From an uncultured Verrucomicrobiae bacterium (GTDB lineage: Bacteria; Verrucomicrobiota; Verrucomicrobiia; Chthoniobacterales; UBA10450), in NCBI GenBank assembly GCA_963735805.1, contig CAVTMK010000002.1:32001-96000 (forward strand): DNA of 64,000 bases, written 5' to 3'. Below are positions 38,084-47,985 of this stretch, in pieces (position 1 is the first letter of the stretch; each line of letters begins with the position of its first letter). Under the pieces are notes generated by a model. The model was not told the origin of the DNA. It saw only the letters and a program-made list of their open reading frames with translations, and ran no database searches. A program made the translations under genes and the position numbers.

Positions 38084-38386
38084 CGCTTCGACTGCGCCCG
38101 CTAGGTTTGCGTTTCCCTCAGTCCGCGAGACCGCCGCAGACGAGATGCTCAAACATGGCGCGCAGCCACCGAAAAAAAAATCGCTGCGCAACGGCAAAGG
38201 ACGTTTTCGATTTCCCGCGGACGTGCTCGCGAAAGGCGATCGAGACTTCACGTGCACGCGGCGTTCCTCCAGCGCGCACCATCGTTTTCGAAATCAATTT
38301 TTGAAACCGCTGGTTTGCGGCTCGAGTTCCAGTAACCGGGAACGACCGATGGCAAAGAAGCCGCACACCGAATCGGCAGTCCAAGG

Positions 38387-38462
38387 TGGAGCCGACGACG
38401 GGATTCGAACCCGTGACCTGCGGTTTACGAAACCGCTGCTCTACCAGCTGAGCTACGTCGGC
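38387..38462 (-). tRNA. tRNA-Thr (anticodon CGT)
   Basis: GCCGACGTAGCTCAGCTGGTAGAGCA-GCGGT-TT-CGT-AA-ACCGC-AGGTC-ACGGGTTCGAATCCCGT-CGTCGGC-TCCA; 76 nt with encoded CCA. Confidence 0.97.
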
Positions 38463-38513
38463 GTCGGCGGCGCAAACATTGCATCCCAATCCAGCATGAG
38501 CAAACCCACGGCC

Positions 38514-39437
38514 TCAGGGCAGAACGAACGTTTGGCCAATTTCGCGTAAGGCAATGCGTTCAGGAGTTTCGTTTAGAGCGGCCTGGAAGCGTTCGATCGG
38601 TTCCCGCGGTGGCTCGAAACTGAGACGGAACGTTTGGTGGTGCACCGGCATGATGAACCGCGCACCGGCTGCGGTTGCCATCGCCACTGCCTGTTCCGGC
38701 GAGCAGTGCGATTGGATCCAGGGATTGTACGCGCCTATCGACATGATCGCGAGATCGACGTCTCCATCGCGTCGTAGTTTTGCGAAGCTCTCCGTCATCG
38801 CGGTGTCGCCACCAAAAAGAATGCGCCGTCTCCCGCGATTATGGGATTCGATCAAATAGCCATTGTAACCGCGATGCATGTCCCGCTGGATTCGTGCTCC
38901 CCAATGTTTCACTTCAAAGGCGGTGAGGATGAGAGTGCCGGCAACCGTGTTAAGAGATTTCTGCTCGCCCCAGCGAAGCTCCGTGATGTCGCGGAGACGT
39001 GTCCATCTCAACAAGTCTGCCGTATTCGGAGCCGTTACTACGGCGGTGTTTTTGTCAAACCGGCGGAGGGTTCGCAAATCGAAATGATCGAAGTGCGCGT
39101 GGGATAGAAGAATGAGGTCAATTCGAGGCAGTTCATGAAATTGGAGCGCAGGCGCGGTCAATCGCTTCGGACCAATGGTAAATCCGGGCAGCCGAATCCC
39201 GATACGCGGGAAAAGCACCGGGTCGGTCAGAATTTTAATGCCGAAGAAATTGATGAGCACGGTGGCGTGACCGATCCAGGTCGCCGTCACCCGAGCATCA
39301 CTCCACTTCCAAGGCTCAGGCTTGGCGAAAGCGGGAGCGATTGGGCGCCAGCTTTCGATTGTCCATTCACGCCAAAGATGTGTCACCCAACGACGTACAC
39401 GCGCGCTGCGAAAACTTGGTTGGTCGGGTTGTTTCAT
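38514..39437 (-). CDS. MBL-fold metallo-hydrolase (NAPE-PLD/RomA-like)
   Basis: TWIGHATVL, ILTDP, SHAHFDHFD, HWG.R, GGDT, IGAYNP, PVHHQTF. Confidence 0.9.
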   Translation of the reverse strand: MKQPDQPSFRSARVRRWVTHLWREWTIESWRPIAPAFAKPEPWKWSDARVTATWIGHATVLINFFGIKILTDPVLFPRIGIRLPGFTIGPKRLTAPALQFHELPRIDLILLSHAHFDHFDLRTLRRFDKNTAVVTAPNTADLLRWTRLRDITELRWGEQKSLNTVAGTLILTAFEVKHWGARIQRDMHRGYNGYLIESHNRGRRRILFGGDTAMTESFAKLRRDGDVDLAIMSIGAYNPWIQSHCSPEQAVAMATAAGARFIMPVHHQTFRLSFEPPREPIERFQAALNETPERIALREIGQTFVLP

Positions 39438-39577
39438 TCAGCGGGCACACATGATTTGTGAAAGGGATGCGAAAAGGCATCGCACTCTGCAACACTTCGT
39501 GCGAAATGCATCGAGAGGCTGTTCTCTGGTTGGGAGGCTTCGAGGGAGGCCCGAGCGCGTCCTGGCGTGGTTTTTAA

Positions 39578-40456
39578 TTAGACTCTGCTGAATAGTCCTT
39601 TGAAGGCGTTCCAGAGAGTGCGGGTTGTTGCTGGCTTGCCGGCCCGAGCAACGAGTACCGGACAATTGGCGCGGTTCAAAATGCTCCGGGTAAGATCGCC
39701 CATGATATAGTGGCGAAACAACCCGCGCGCCTGCGAGGTGCCGGTCACGATCAAATCGTAATCGCCGGCGCGGACTTCTTCGAAGACCTGGTCGATTACA
39801 ATACCGTGCCTAAGGCGCACTTCAGCGGCAACACCAAAGCGTTCGAGCTGGGTTTTTTCAAGGCGCAGATTTGTTCCAAGCTCGGATTTCGATTCCAGCA
39901 ACTGATCAACGTTCTCCTCCAACTGTACGAGATCGACGTAGATAGCAGGCGGCTCGGCCATCACGTGGAGAAGCGTGACCGATGCGCCGACAGCGGCCGC
40001 AATTACGCCGGTAAGTTGCACGGCTTGTTCGATAAATTCCTTTCCGCCTGTGCAAACGAGAAAGCGTTTCAACTGTTTGCGTTGACCAATTGCCACCAAC
40101 ACTGGCGGCTGAATCGCTTTGATCACTTCGTATGTTCGTTCAGAGCGCCAGTAATGCCCAGTCGCTCCAGTCCATCGCGCGCCGACGACAACAAGATCGT
40201 AGCCAGTGTTTGACGTTTGATCGAGAATCTGGCGTACCGGTTCGCCTGAGCGCACCGCGATATCCGGGTGCGCATCCCGGTTCCGCAGGATTTGCGCCTG
40301 TCTTTCAAGCGTTTCGCGCAATGGGCGCTCATCGCTCGACTTTTCGGCGATACCAAGAAGAGTGATTTGAGCTCTTAACGGGCCGGCCAATAAGGCCGCC
40401 AGTTCGATCGCATTTTCGGAGGCCGGCATACCGTCGCTGCAAATCAAAATCTTCAT
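39578..40456 (-). CDS. Universal stress protein, tandem USP domains
   Basis: KILICSDG...YDLVVVG and FLVCTGG...YDLIVTG..MGDLTRSILNRANCPVLV. Confidence 0.88.
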   Translation of the reverse strand: MKILICSDGMPASENAIELAALLAGPLRAQITLLGIAEKSSDERPLRETLERQAQILRNRDAHPDIAVRSGEPVRQILDQTSNTGYDLVVVGARWTGATGHYWRSERTYEVIKAIQPPVLVAIGQRKQLKRFLVCTGGKEFIEQAVQLTGVIAAAVGASVTLLHVMAEPPAIYVDLVQLEENVDQLLESKSELGTNLRLEKTQLERFGVAAEVRLRHGIVIDQVFEEVRAGDYDLIVTGTSQARGLFRHYIMGDLTRSILNRANCPVLVARAGKPATTRTLWNAFKGLFSRV

Positions 40457-40461
40457 TGCAT

Positions 40462-41388
40462 TTACAATTTATGTCCGCTGAACATTGTGTAGATGACAAT
40501 CACCGCGCCGATCAGCGGCAATGGAACGAAAGCGAGCCGAATCTTAGGACCGGCGAAGTATTGCGTTGAGATAGCGCCGATCTGCGCGCCAACGGCCGCG
40601 CCGGTGTGCATGACCAGCGCGATTAAGATGTCCACGTTGCCTTTCACTGCGTGACTAAAGGTGCCGTAACTGGCCGAGATGATGATTTCGAAAAGATCAG
40701 TGCCCACTGCGAGATGCGTGGGAACTCCGAGGACGTAGACCATGGACGGCATACGAATGTAACCGGCGCCGCCGCCGAGAAAGCCGCTGAATACTCCGCC
40801 GACAAAAGCGACCAAAAGAATTATCCAAAGTGAAATTTCCTTTATCCCGGACGCCGGGAGGGAAATCATGGGCCAAATCTTGAGGCGTTGAATCGCGCGC
40901 GTGACCGGACCGAATGCCGAATGATCCTTTTTTGATTTGGCTCCTTTTGCAGCGCCGCGCGACGATCGTCCCTTTGATGACGACAAGGTCTTTCGGCTTT
41001 CCCAGATCATGAAAGCCGAAATGCTCACGTAGACGACGATGGAGACAATGCTTACCACAAAATTGATATTCCCCGCGCGCTTCAGCATCTGAATCGCCTG
41101 AGCGCCGACTTCCGCGCCAACGATCGTTCCCATGGCCATGATCAGCCCGAGACGTAGATCGACGTTTCCCATGGCGCGGTGCCTTCTAACGGCTACCACT
41201 GACTTTCCGACGATATGCGCCAAATCGGTGCCAACTGCGAAATTCCAGTCCAACCCAGCCAGGCGCAGGGCCGGCCCTGCGATGAAACTTCCGCCGACTC
41301 CGAAGAAGCCGCCAAGAATACCGATAAGAAATCCGACCGTCACCAGATAGATAGGGCTGATGTGCGCGCCGGAAATTGGAAAAAACAT
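40462..41388 (-). CDS. Sulfite exporter TauE/SafE family membrane protein
   Basis: GFFGVGG, AVGTDL (twice), GFLGGGAG; multiple TM helices. Confidence 0.9.
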   Translation of the reverse strand: MFFPISGAHISPIYLVTVGFLIGILGGFFGVGGSFIAGPALRLAGLDWNFAVGTDLAHIVGKSVVAVRRHRAMGNVDLRLGLIMAMGTIVGAEVGAQAIQMLKRAGNINFVVSIVSIVVYVSISAFMIWESRKTLSSSKGRSSRGAAKGAKSKKDHSAFGPVTRAIQRLKIWPMISLPASGIKEISLWIILLVAFVGGVFSGFLGGGAGYIRMPSMVYVLGVPTHLAVGTDLFEIIISASYGTFSHAVKGNVDILIALVMHTGAAVGAQIGAISTQYFAGPKIRLAFVPLPLIGAVIVIYTMFSGHKL

Positions 41389-41392
41389 AGGC

Positions 41393-41635
41393 TTACTCGG
41401 AGCGGCCTCGAAGCAGGCGGATCAGAAACGTGGTCAAACCTTCAAGGAGAACGGCCTGACCTACGATTAACAAAATCGCTAGTCCGGCGTAGAGATATCG
41501 ATGATGAATTTCGAGCTGATACAACCATTGTCCCAGGAAATGGAGCACCAGGAAAAAGTAGGCCGTGACAAGAAGCGCGTAGATTACGAGTTCAATCGCA
41601 AAGGCGCGGACAGTCTTGACAGTTTCTTTTTTCAT
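41393..41635 (-). CDS. Small two-TM hypothetical protein
   Basis: Hydrophobic 80-aa ORF ending 4 nt before the TauE start. Confidence 0.7.
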   Translation of the reverse strand: MKKETVKTVRAFAIELVIYALLVTAYFFLVLHFLGQWLYQLEIHHRYLYAGLAILLIVGQAVLLEGLTTFLIRLLRGRSE

Positions 41636-41766
41636 CAGAAGCGGTCGATGCGCTATCTCTTAACGTGTCAGCGGCACCTGGTGGTTGCGTGCAATCACGT
41701 TAAGGCGCAAATTGTTTGCGCTGCGAGCGTTTCTTTCTAGCGTTCCACTCACTTTACGGGGAAACC

Positions 41767-42000
41767 ATGGCCGACGTCGCAAACAAATACGCCGAAAACG
41801 TACCGGGCAAATTCTACGTCGATGATCAATGCATCGATTGCGATTTGTGCCGCGAAACTGCGCCTGCCAATTTCAAGCGGAACGATGACGGCGGTCACTC
41901 CTATGTCTATAAACAGCCGGAGACACCGGAAGAAGAGGGCCTTTGCAAAGAAGCGATGGAAGGTTGCCCGGTAGAAGCAATCGGCAACGACGGCGCGTGA
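41767..42000 (+). CDS. Ferredoxin (single 4Fe-4S/3Fe-4S cluster type)
   Basis: YVDDQCIDCDLC...AP..F and CPVEAIG. Confidence 0.92.
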   Translation: MADVANKYAENVPGKFYVDDQCIDCDLCRETAPANFKRNDDGGHSYVYKQPETPEEEGLCKEAMEGCPVEAIGNDGA

Positions 42001-42032
42001 ATAGTAGGGCGCGACCGATCGGCGCGCCGCGA

Positions 42033-42896
42033 ATGCGTGTGAATGCGCAAGCAAAAGCCGAACGCCCAACGGCCAGGGCCCGACGCCCGACTAAAAACGT
42101 TCCAGTCGCACTAAGCATAGCGGGTTCCGACAGTAGCGCCGGAGCTGGTATTCAGGCTGATCTTAAAACCTTTTCGGCGCTCGGTGTTTATGGATTGACC
42201 GCCGTCACCTGTGTCGTAGCCGAAATTCCCGGAAAAGTTTCGCGAATTGAGCCGGTCACTGGAGAAATTGTTCGGGAGCAGACTGAAGTACTCGCAAAGA
42301 ATTTTCCGATTGCGGCAATAAAGACTGGTCTGCTTTGCTCCGGCGAAATCATTTCTGCTGTTGCAAGGGCAATACGGGACATAGCCAAGATGCCTATGCC
42401 GCGGATTCCACTGGTCATTGACCCGGTCTTTATCGCAACGAGCGGCGATCCTCTAATTGAACCGGCAGGTATCGAAACTTATGAAAAGGAATTGTTCCCA
42501 CTCGCCAACTTAATTACGCCAAATCTTGACGAAGCGGGGCGGTTACTTGGAAGGAAGATCAAAGATCAACAATCGATGCATATTGCGGGGAAAGAGTTGC
42601 AGAACAAATACGGAACCGGAATTCTTCTCAAGGGCGGTCACCTGCAGGGTGACTACGCGATCGATTTGCTCTTTGTCGAAGGAAAAGTCATCGAGTTTTC
42701 AGCCCCCAAAACTTCCGGGGTGGCAACCCATGGCACCGGCTGCATTTATTCTGCCGCGATCACGGCTGGTCTTGCCCTGGGCCGACCTCTCGAAAAAGCG
42801 ATCAGCGAGGCCAAGAAATTCGTGACCAAATCGATCCAGAATCATTTGCAATGGGGTGGCCTTCACGCGTTGAATCCAGGCATTGTAGAACTGTAA
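42033..42896 (+). CDS. thiD: Hydroxymethylpyrimidine/phosphomethylpyrimidine kinase
   Basis: LSIAGSDSSAGAGIQADLK, IKTGLL, VIDPV, ITPNLDEA, LKGGH, THGTGC. Start uncertain. Confidence 0.93.
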   Translation: MRVNAQAKAERPTARARRPTKNVPVALSIAGSDSSAGAGIQADLKTFSALGVYGLTAVTCVVAEIPGKVSRIEPVTGEIVREQTEVLAKNFPIAAIKTGLLCSGEIISAVARAIRDIAKMPMPRIPLVIDPVFIATSGDPLIEPAGIETYEKELFPLANLITPNLDEAGRLLGRKIKDQQSMHIAGKELQNKYGTGILLKGGHLQGDYAIDLLFVEGKVIEFSAPKTSGVATHGTGCIYSAAITAGLALGRPLEKAISEAKKFVTKSIQNHLQWGGLHALNPGIVEL

Positions 42897-42983
42897 TGGC
42901 AGGCATGTCGTATGCGGAAAACACAAGGGCGTGCGCGCGGCATGACGCTCCCTTCAAACGCGGCGCTGGCTACTAGGCAGTCC

Positions 42984-43682
42984 CTACTGGTCCTTCTTCT
43001 CTTCTTCCCAACGCTTTAACTGCATCGCTTCCAATGCGGCCACAGTTTCCGCTTGTTTTTTGCTGCGCCCGCTGCCCTGGCCCAGAACGATTCCCTCCCA
43101 AACAACCTGCGAGACAAATGTCTTCTCATGCTCTGGCCCGCTTTGTGAAACTAATTCATAAACCGGACTCCGCGGCGAGATGCTTTGGAGTAACTCCTGA
43201 AGCTGACCCTTTGGGTTTATGTCCACGGGTGTTTCCGCCAGTTGCTCGAGATCATCGCGGGTCTGCGTCAAAATGAACTCTTTCGCTGGCTCGAGACCGC
43301 CGTCGAGGTAGATGGCGCCGATGAGCGCTTCAAACGCGTCGGCCAATGTGGATGTGCGTCCCCGTCCGCCGCTGCTTTCTTCGCCGCGTCCCATTAGAAT
43401 GTAGCGCCCCAACTCGAGCGTGGCAGCATGCGCCCTCAACGCCTCGCGAGAAACCAGCCGCGAGCGTAGTTTCGTGAGTTGACCTTCGGCTTCGGCTCGA
43501 AAATGCCGGAACAGATACTCGGTAATAACAAGCTGCAGTACGGCGTCGCCCAAGAATTCCAACCGCTGATAATCAAAGTGGTGGCGTTGCGCTTCATGGC
43601 CGAGACTCGGGTGCGTAAGCGCCTCCGCCAGCAAAAGTGAGTTCCGGAATTTGTAGCCGATGCGTTCTTCGAGAGGTGTCAC
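42984..43682 (-). CDS. rnc: Ribonuclease III
   Basis: ALTHPS, QRLEFLGDAVL, ADAFEALIGAIYLDGG; dsRBD PKGQLQE...GSGRSKKQAE. Confidence 0.97.
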   Translation of the reverse strand: MTPLEERIGYKFRNSLLLAEALTHPSLGHEAQRHHFDYQRLEFLGDAVLQLVITEYLFRHFRAEAEGQLTKLRSRLVSREALRAHAATLELGRYILMGRGEESSGGRGRTSTLADAFEALIGAIYLDGGLEPAKEFILTQTRDDLEQLAETPVDINPKGQLQELLQSISPRSPVYELVSQSGPEHEKTFVSQVVWEGIVLGQGSGRSKKQAETVAALEAMQLKRWEEEKKDQ

Positions 43683-43812
43683 TTCTTTGCCATTCTGAGC
43701 GAAATCAAAAAATCTCTCAACTCAGTATAACGGTTGCGGTTTGCCTGCGTGGAACAAGGCTCCCGGTAACGACAAAACCAATGGACAACCAGATCCTCGA
43801 AGATGTGGTTTG

Positions 43813-44937
43813 TTATCGCTTTTGATAAACCTCGAGCGAGGTGATCACATCCAATGCACGCTGTAACACCGGATCGTGCGCTGGGGACTTCTCCGGCGCG
43901 CGGCCGCGGCGTTGCTGCGCTGCCTCGGCTGCTTCGACCTCAGGATTTGTTCCGGCTAACAGTGCCGCCTCGTTCATGTGCGGCCGGCCCCCTTCGTAGA
44001 CAAAGGGCCCCATTCCTTTTTCGCCGCTCAGTTGGAAAATCTGTCGTTTGTCTGCTGTCGACATCTCCACCGGCAAATCGGGTTTCACGCCGTCGGGATA
44101 TAATGAACGGCCGTCAGGAGAAACCATTTCCGCTGCGGCAACGCGCAGAATCTTGCCACTCGGTAGAGACAAATCGGAATATTCAGCGGCGCGACCCGCA
44201 GTCGCTTGTCCGATGAGCAGCGCCCTATTGTAAAATCGCAGCGCAGCAGCGACCGCCTCGGCTGCACCAATCGTATCGGCGTCCGTAAGTACCATTACCA
44301 GGCCGCGAAATGCCGGGTCGCGATCCGAACTGAAGACGCGGTCCTGACGAGCGGCCGGCTTGTGCAAGGTGAAAAGCGTTTTGCCCTTTGGACAAAACCG
44401 TTTTGCAAATTCGGCCGCCAACGCCAAATCAGGTGTTGCCTGACTGGCGCGAAGATCCACAATGAGCGCGTCCACGTTTTTCGCAGCGAAATTGCCAAGG
44501 CTCTTGTCCAGCGCTTGGAGGTTGGCTGCATTGAATGAACCGACACGCACGTAGCCGACGTGCCCGCCGATAATCTCACTGTAAAAGACGCTCCCTGCTT
44601 CCGTAGGCGCGTTTTCCTTGGCGGGCAAAAGCGTCACGCCGCGCGGCAACCGCACCATGAGGCCCTCGACCGTCGCCCGATTCAATTCGGTGTCGGTCGT
44701 TGCATCCGGATTTGTAAAATTAGTTTTCAATAGCGTGATGACTGCCTGCAGGTCGGCCGGGCTTAACGAATTGACCAGGTCTTCTGCTGTCGGGCTGGCC
44801 GACGGCGAAGGCGACGCGGCGGCCGACGGTCCTGCCAGAGCTGGCTTGCCTGGAGCAACTACAGTCGGCGGAGTTTGCGCCACTGCGGTTATCGCCAGGA
44901 CGAAGCTAATGAAGGACAACGATGTGGTTTGATGCAT
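43813..44937 (-). CDS. S41 (tail-specific protease)-like secreted protein, catalytic motif degenerate
   Basis: Signal peptide; GYVRVGSF, ALIVDLR, VLTD..T...E, LIG..TAG, GVKPD, DPVLQRA. Confidence 0.75.
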   Translation of the reverse strand: MHQTTSLSFISFVLAITAVAQTPPTVVAPGKPALAGPSAAASPSPSASPTAEDLVNSLSPADLQAVITLLKTNFTNPDATTDTELNRATVEGLMVRLPRGVTLLPAKENAPTEAGSVFYSEIIGGHVGYVRVGSFNAANLQALDKSLGNFAAKNVDALIVDLRASQATPDLALAAEFAKRFCPKGKTLFTLHKPAARQDRVFSSDRDPAFRGLVMVLTDADTIGAAEAVAAALRFYNRALLIGQATAGRAAEYSDLSLPSGKILRVAAAEMVSPDGRSLYPDGVKPDLPVEMSTADKRQIFQLSGEKGMGPFVYEGGRPHMNEAALLAGTNPEVEAAEAAQQRRGRAPEKSPAHDPVLQRALDVITSLEVYQKR

Positions 44938-45016
44938 CGAAAACTAGATGCCGACCTATAACGCATTTTCTAATTGTGCGAAAATTCGAAATCCGGATAC
45001 CGAAATAGGGATTCTT

Positions 45017-46285
45017 TCAGTTAGTTGCGCACAGAGCAATATCGCGGCGGTAGTGGGAGTTTTCGAAATGAATGCGGGAGGTGGCCTCATATGCGCGTGC
45101 GCGTGCGGCTTCCAGTGTCGATCCAAGCGCGGTAACAGCGAGAACGCGACCGCCAGCACTTTTAATTTCGCCATCGGCGCGTTTAGTGCCTGCGTGAAAA
45201 ATCTGAACGTTTTCGAGCTTTGCTGCATCGTCGAGACCCGAAATCGTTTTGCCAGTTTCGTATTTGTCAGGGTACCCGGCAGACGCGAGTACGACCGTAA
45301 CTGCGGTGCGCGTGTCCCATTCAATCGCACACTTGCCGAGATTTCCGTCAATTGTCGCTTCCAACAGCGGTAGGAGATCGGATTTCATCCGGGGCAAAAG
45401 CGCCTGTGTCTCCGGGTCGCCGAAACGGCAATTAAACTCCAGGACGCGTAGGCCATCGCCGGTAATTATCAAACCCGGGTAAAGAAGCCCGCGAAATGTG
45501 ATTTTTTCTTGTAGGAGCCCGCGAAGCACCGGTTGCATGATGTCCGCCTCGAATTGCGATTGCAGTTTCTTGTTCCAATTGTTGGCAGGGCTGAAAGCGC
45601 CCATCCCTCCCGTGTTGTCGCCCTCATCGCCATCCAGAGCGCGTTTGTGATCGCGCGCCGATTCCAGCAGACAGTAAGTGCTCCCATCGACCAGGGCGTG
45701 CAGCGAACATTCCGTTCCACTCAAAAAATCCTCGATCACGATACGCTGACCGGCGCCCGCAAAGCGACCTTGGTTCATCATTTCATCAACCGCGGATTTC
45801 GCGGCGGCAACATCGCTGGCGATGATTACTCCTTTTCCCAGGGCAAGGCCGTCTGCTTTGATTACAACAGGAAATTTTAGTCGTTCGCAATAATGCAGCG
45901 CTTCGCCGCTGTCGGAAAACGCCTTTGCCTGGGCGGTGGGGATTTTGTTCGCACGCATCAGTTCTTTCGCAAAAATCTTGGACGCCTCAATGCGTGCCGC
46001 CGACTTCGTCGGACCAAACACGCGCAATTTTTCACCAGTGAACAGATCCACAATCCCTGCGGCAAGAGGATCGTCCGGACCAACCACTGTCAGGTCGATA
46101 CGGTTTTCCTTGGCGAAACGAGCAAGCGCCTTCAAATCACCAGCGGGAATGGACACATTTTCAGCAATCTCCGCAGTGCCTGCGTTCCCCGGTGCGCAAA
46201 AAATGCGCTCGGTTTGCGGAGATTGCTTCAGTTTCCAAGTCAGCGCGTGTTCGCGTCCGCCGCCGCCAATAAGCAGAATTTTCAT
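45017..46285 (-). CDS. purD: Phosphoribosylamine--glycine ligase
   Basis: MKILLIGGGGREHAL, APGNAG, KADGLALGKGV, DHKR, NTGGMGA, EFNCRFGDPETQ, FHAGT, YRRDIA. Confidence 0.97.
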   Translation of the reverse strand: MKILLIGGGGREHALTWKLKQSPQTERIFCAPGNAGTAEIAENVSIPAGDLKALARFAKENRIDLTVVGPDDPLAAGIVDLFTGEKLRVFGPTKSAARIEASKIFAKELMRANKIPTAQAKAFSDSGEALHYCERLKFPVVIKADGLALGKGVIIASDVAAAKSAVDEMMNQGRFAGAGQRIVIEDFLSGTECSLHALVDGSTYCLLESARDHKRALDGDEGDNTGGMGAFSPANNWNKKLQSQFEADIMQPVLRGLLQEKITFRGLLYPGLIITGDGLRVLEFNCRFGDPETQALLPRMKSDLLPLLEATIDGNLGKCAIEWDTRTAVTVVLASAGYPDKYETGKTISGLDDAAKLENVQIFHAGTKRADGEIKSAGGRVLAVTALGSTLEAARARAYEATSRIHFENSHYRRDIALCATN

Positions 46286-46344
46286 GACGAAAAGTAGCGT
46301 AACCGTGTCGGTTACACTGCGAATTCGCAAGCCCCAAGGCGGTA

Positions 46345-47421
46345 CTATTCTTCCGATCGCGATTCAGCCGGTAAGATCGACAAGTCCAATTTCTCGGTGT
46401 GCCGGATGATAGTAAGCTTCGCGTTAACTCCAATTTGTTCGCTAACCAGAACCTTGTGCAGATGATGTACGCTCCCAATAGGCTGATCGTTGAACGCAAC
46501 AATCAGGTCCCCCTCGTGCAATGCGGCGCGCTCTGCAGGACTATTCTTTTCGACCGAAACGACAAGGACACCCGTCTCAAGGGGTAAACTATAAAATCGG
46601 ACGATTCTCCGGTGAAGCGGCACGTTCTGCCCTGCCACACCGATGTAACTGCGTCGGATCTTGCCCTCTTTGATCAGCCAGCCGGCTACAAATTTAGCGG
46701 TGTTACTGGCGATTGCGAAACAGATACCTTGCGCCGGTCGAATCATCGCGGTGTTTACGCCCACCACTTCACCGGCTGAATTGACCAGGGGTCCGCCGGA
46801 GTTGCCCGGATTCAAGGCCGCGTCGGTTTGGATAATGTTATCAATCAACCGGCCGGATTGCCCGTGCATCGAGCGGCCGAGCGCGCTGATTACGCCTGCT
46901 GTGACGCTCGCCTGGAAACCAAGGGGATTTCCAATCGCGATCACCAGCTGGCCAACACGCAAATGCTCCGAATCGGCCAGGCGCACGTGCGTAAGTTGAG
47001 GCGCATCGATTCGAATGACGGCGAGATCGGTGTCCGGATCGTCGCCGGTCAGTTGTGCCGGATATTCGCGGCCATCCGGCAAATTGACAGTGATCGAATT
47101 CGCCCCATGAACGACATGACTGTTAGTCAGAATGAATCCATCAGGGGTGATGATGAAACCCGAACCGTTTCCACTAAGCTCGCGCGCCCCGCGCCGGAGG
47201 TTGATGCGTTGTTTGATGTCGATGTTCACTACCGTCGGGGAAATCCGCGCGACAGCACTCACGACGGTCCGCGAGTATGCATCGAGCAACGCGGAATCGT
47301 CCTGTCCTGCTGCGTCGGCGTCGAGGTCCCTGATCGTTGGCGGTGAAGCACCAAAGTCCGTCTCGTTTAAAAGAAAATCTGTGGGAAGAGCGTTTTCCTT
47401 GGTAAGAGATGCAATTGTCAT
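46345..47421 (-). CDS. HtrA/DegP-like trypsin serine protease with PDZ domain
   Basis: GSGFII, TNSHVV, DLAVIRI, QTDAALNPGNSGGPL, C-terminal PDZ (SPAERA.L..GD). Confidence 0.93.
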   Translation of the reverse strand: MTIASLTKENALPTDFLLNETDFGASPPTIRDLDADAAGQDDSALLDAYSRTVVSAVARISPTVVNIDIKQRINLRRGARELSGNGSGFIITPDGFILTNSHVVHGANSITVNLPDGREYPAQLTGDDPDTDLAVIRIDAPQLTHVRLADSEHLRVGQLVIAIGNPLGFQASVTAGVISALGRSMHGQSGRLIDNIIQTDAALNPGNSGGPLVNSAGEVVGVNTAMIRPAQGICFAIASNTAKFVAGWLIKEGKIRRSYIGVAGQNVPLHRRIVRFYSLPLETGVLVVSVEKNSPAERAALHEGDLIVAFNDQPIGSVHHLHKVLVSEQIGVNAKLTIIRHTEKLDLSILPAESRSEE

Positions 47422-47538
47422 AGCGTAAATTTCGGACTGGCAAACCCCCAGTCAACTACATATCCTTTCAGCTGGTACGGGCTTTCTCGCATGTTACTCT
47501 CCCCTTGCGCGTTACCGTGAACTGTTTTACACAGGAGC

Positions 47539-47925
47539 GTGGGAAAAGTTTCTATCCCTTCCGTTCTGGACGCGCAGTGTCCGTCCCGGCTGGTGCTCGA
47601 CCGAATCGCCGATAAATGGACAGCTCTTATTATTCAAATCCTGGCGCGCGGGACCATGCGTTACGCCGCCTTACAGCGCGAGATTGGCGACATTTCGCAA
47701 AAAATGCTCACGCAGACGTTGCGCAGTCTTGAGCGCGACGGCTTGGTGCAACGGACGGTCCACCCCGTTGTGCCTCCAAAAGTGGAATACTCCCTCACGC
47801 GACTAGGTCGCACCTTGATTGAGCCGTTGCACGCGCTTTGTCGCTGGTCGGAAAAGCATCTTGCTGAGCTTCAAGCGAATCGCGCCCGGGCGAAGACTGT
47901 AGCTGCGGTCGCTGACCGCGGCTGA
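47539..47925 (+). CDS. HxlR-family winged-helix regulator
   Basis: CPSR..LD.IADKW, ISQKMLTQTLRSLERDGLV.R, PPKVEYSLT.LG. Confidence 0.93.
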   Translation: MGKVSIPSVLDAQCPSRLVLDRIADKWTALIIQILARGTMRYAALQREIGDISQKMLTQTLRSLERDGLVQRTVHPVVPPKVEYSLTRLGRTLIEPLHALCRWSEKHLAELQANRARAKTVAAVADRG

Positions 47926-47985
47926 TGAAAGTATCGTTCGCGCCGGCCTGGCTAGTTAGGGCGGGCACAGCAATAGCCATCTGAT

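Noticed and set aside
38084..38462. tRNA-Thr 3' end as an island integration site
   Set aside because: No integrase and no duplicated tRNA 3' end noticed in the window.
38118..38549. ORFs on both strands spanning the tRNA
   Set aside because: Shadow ORFs over tRNA-Thr and intergenic DNA.
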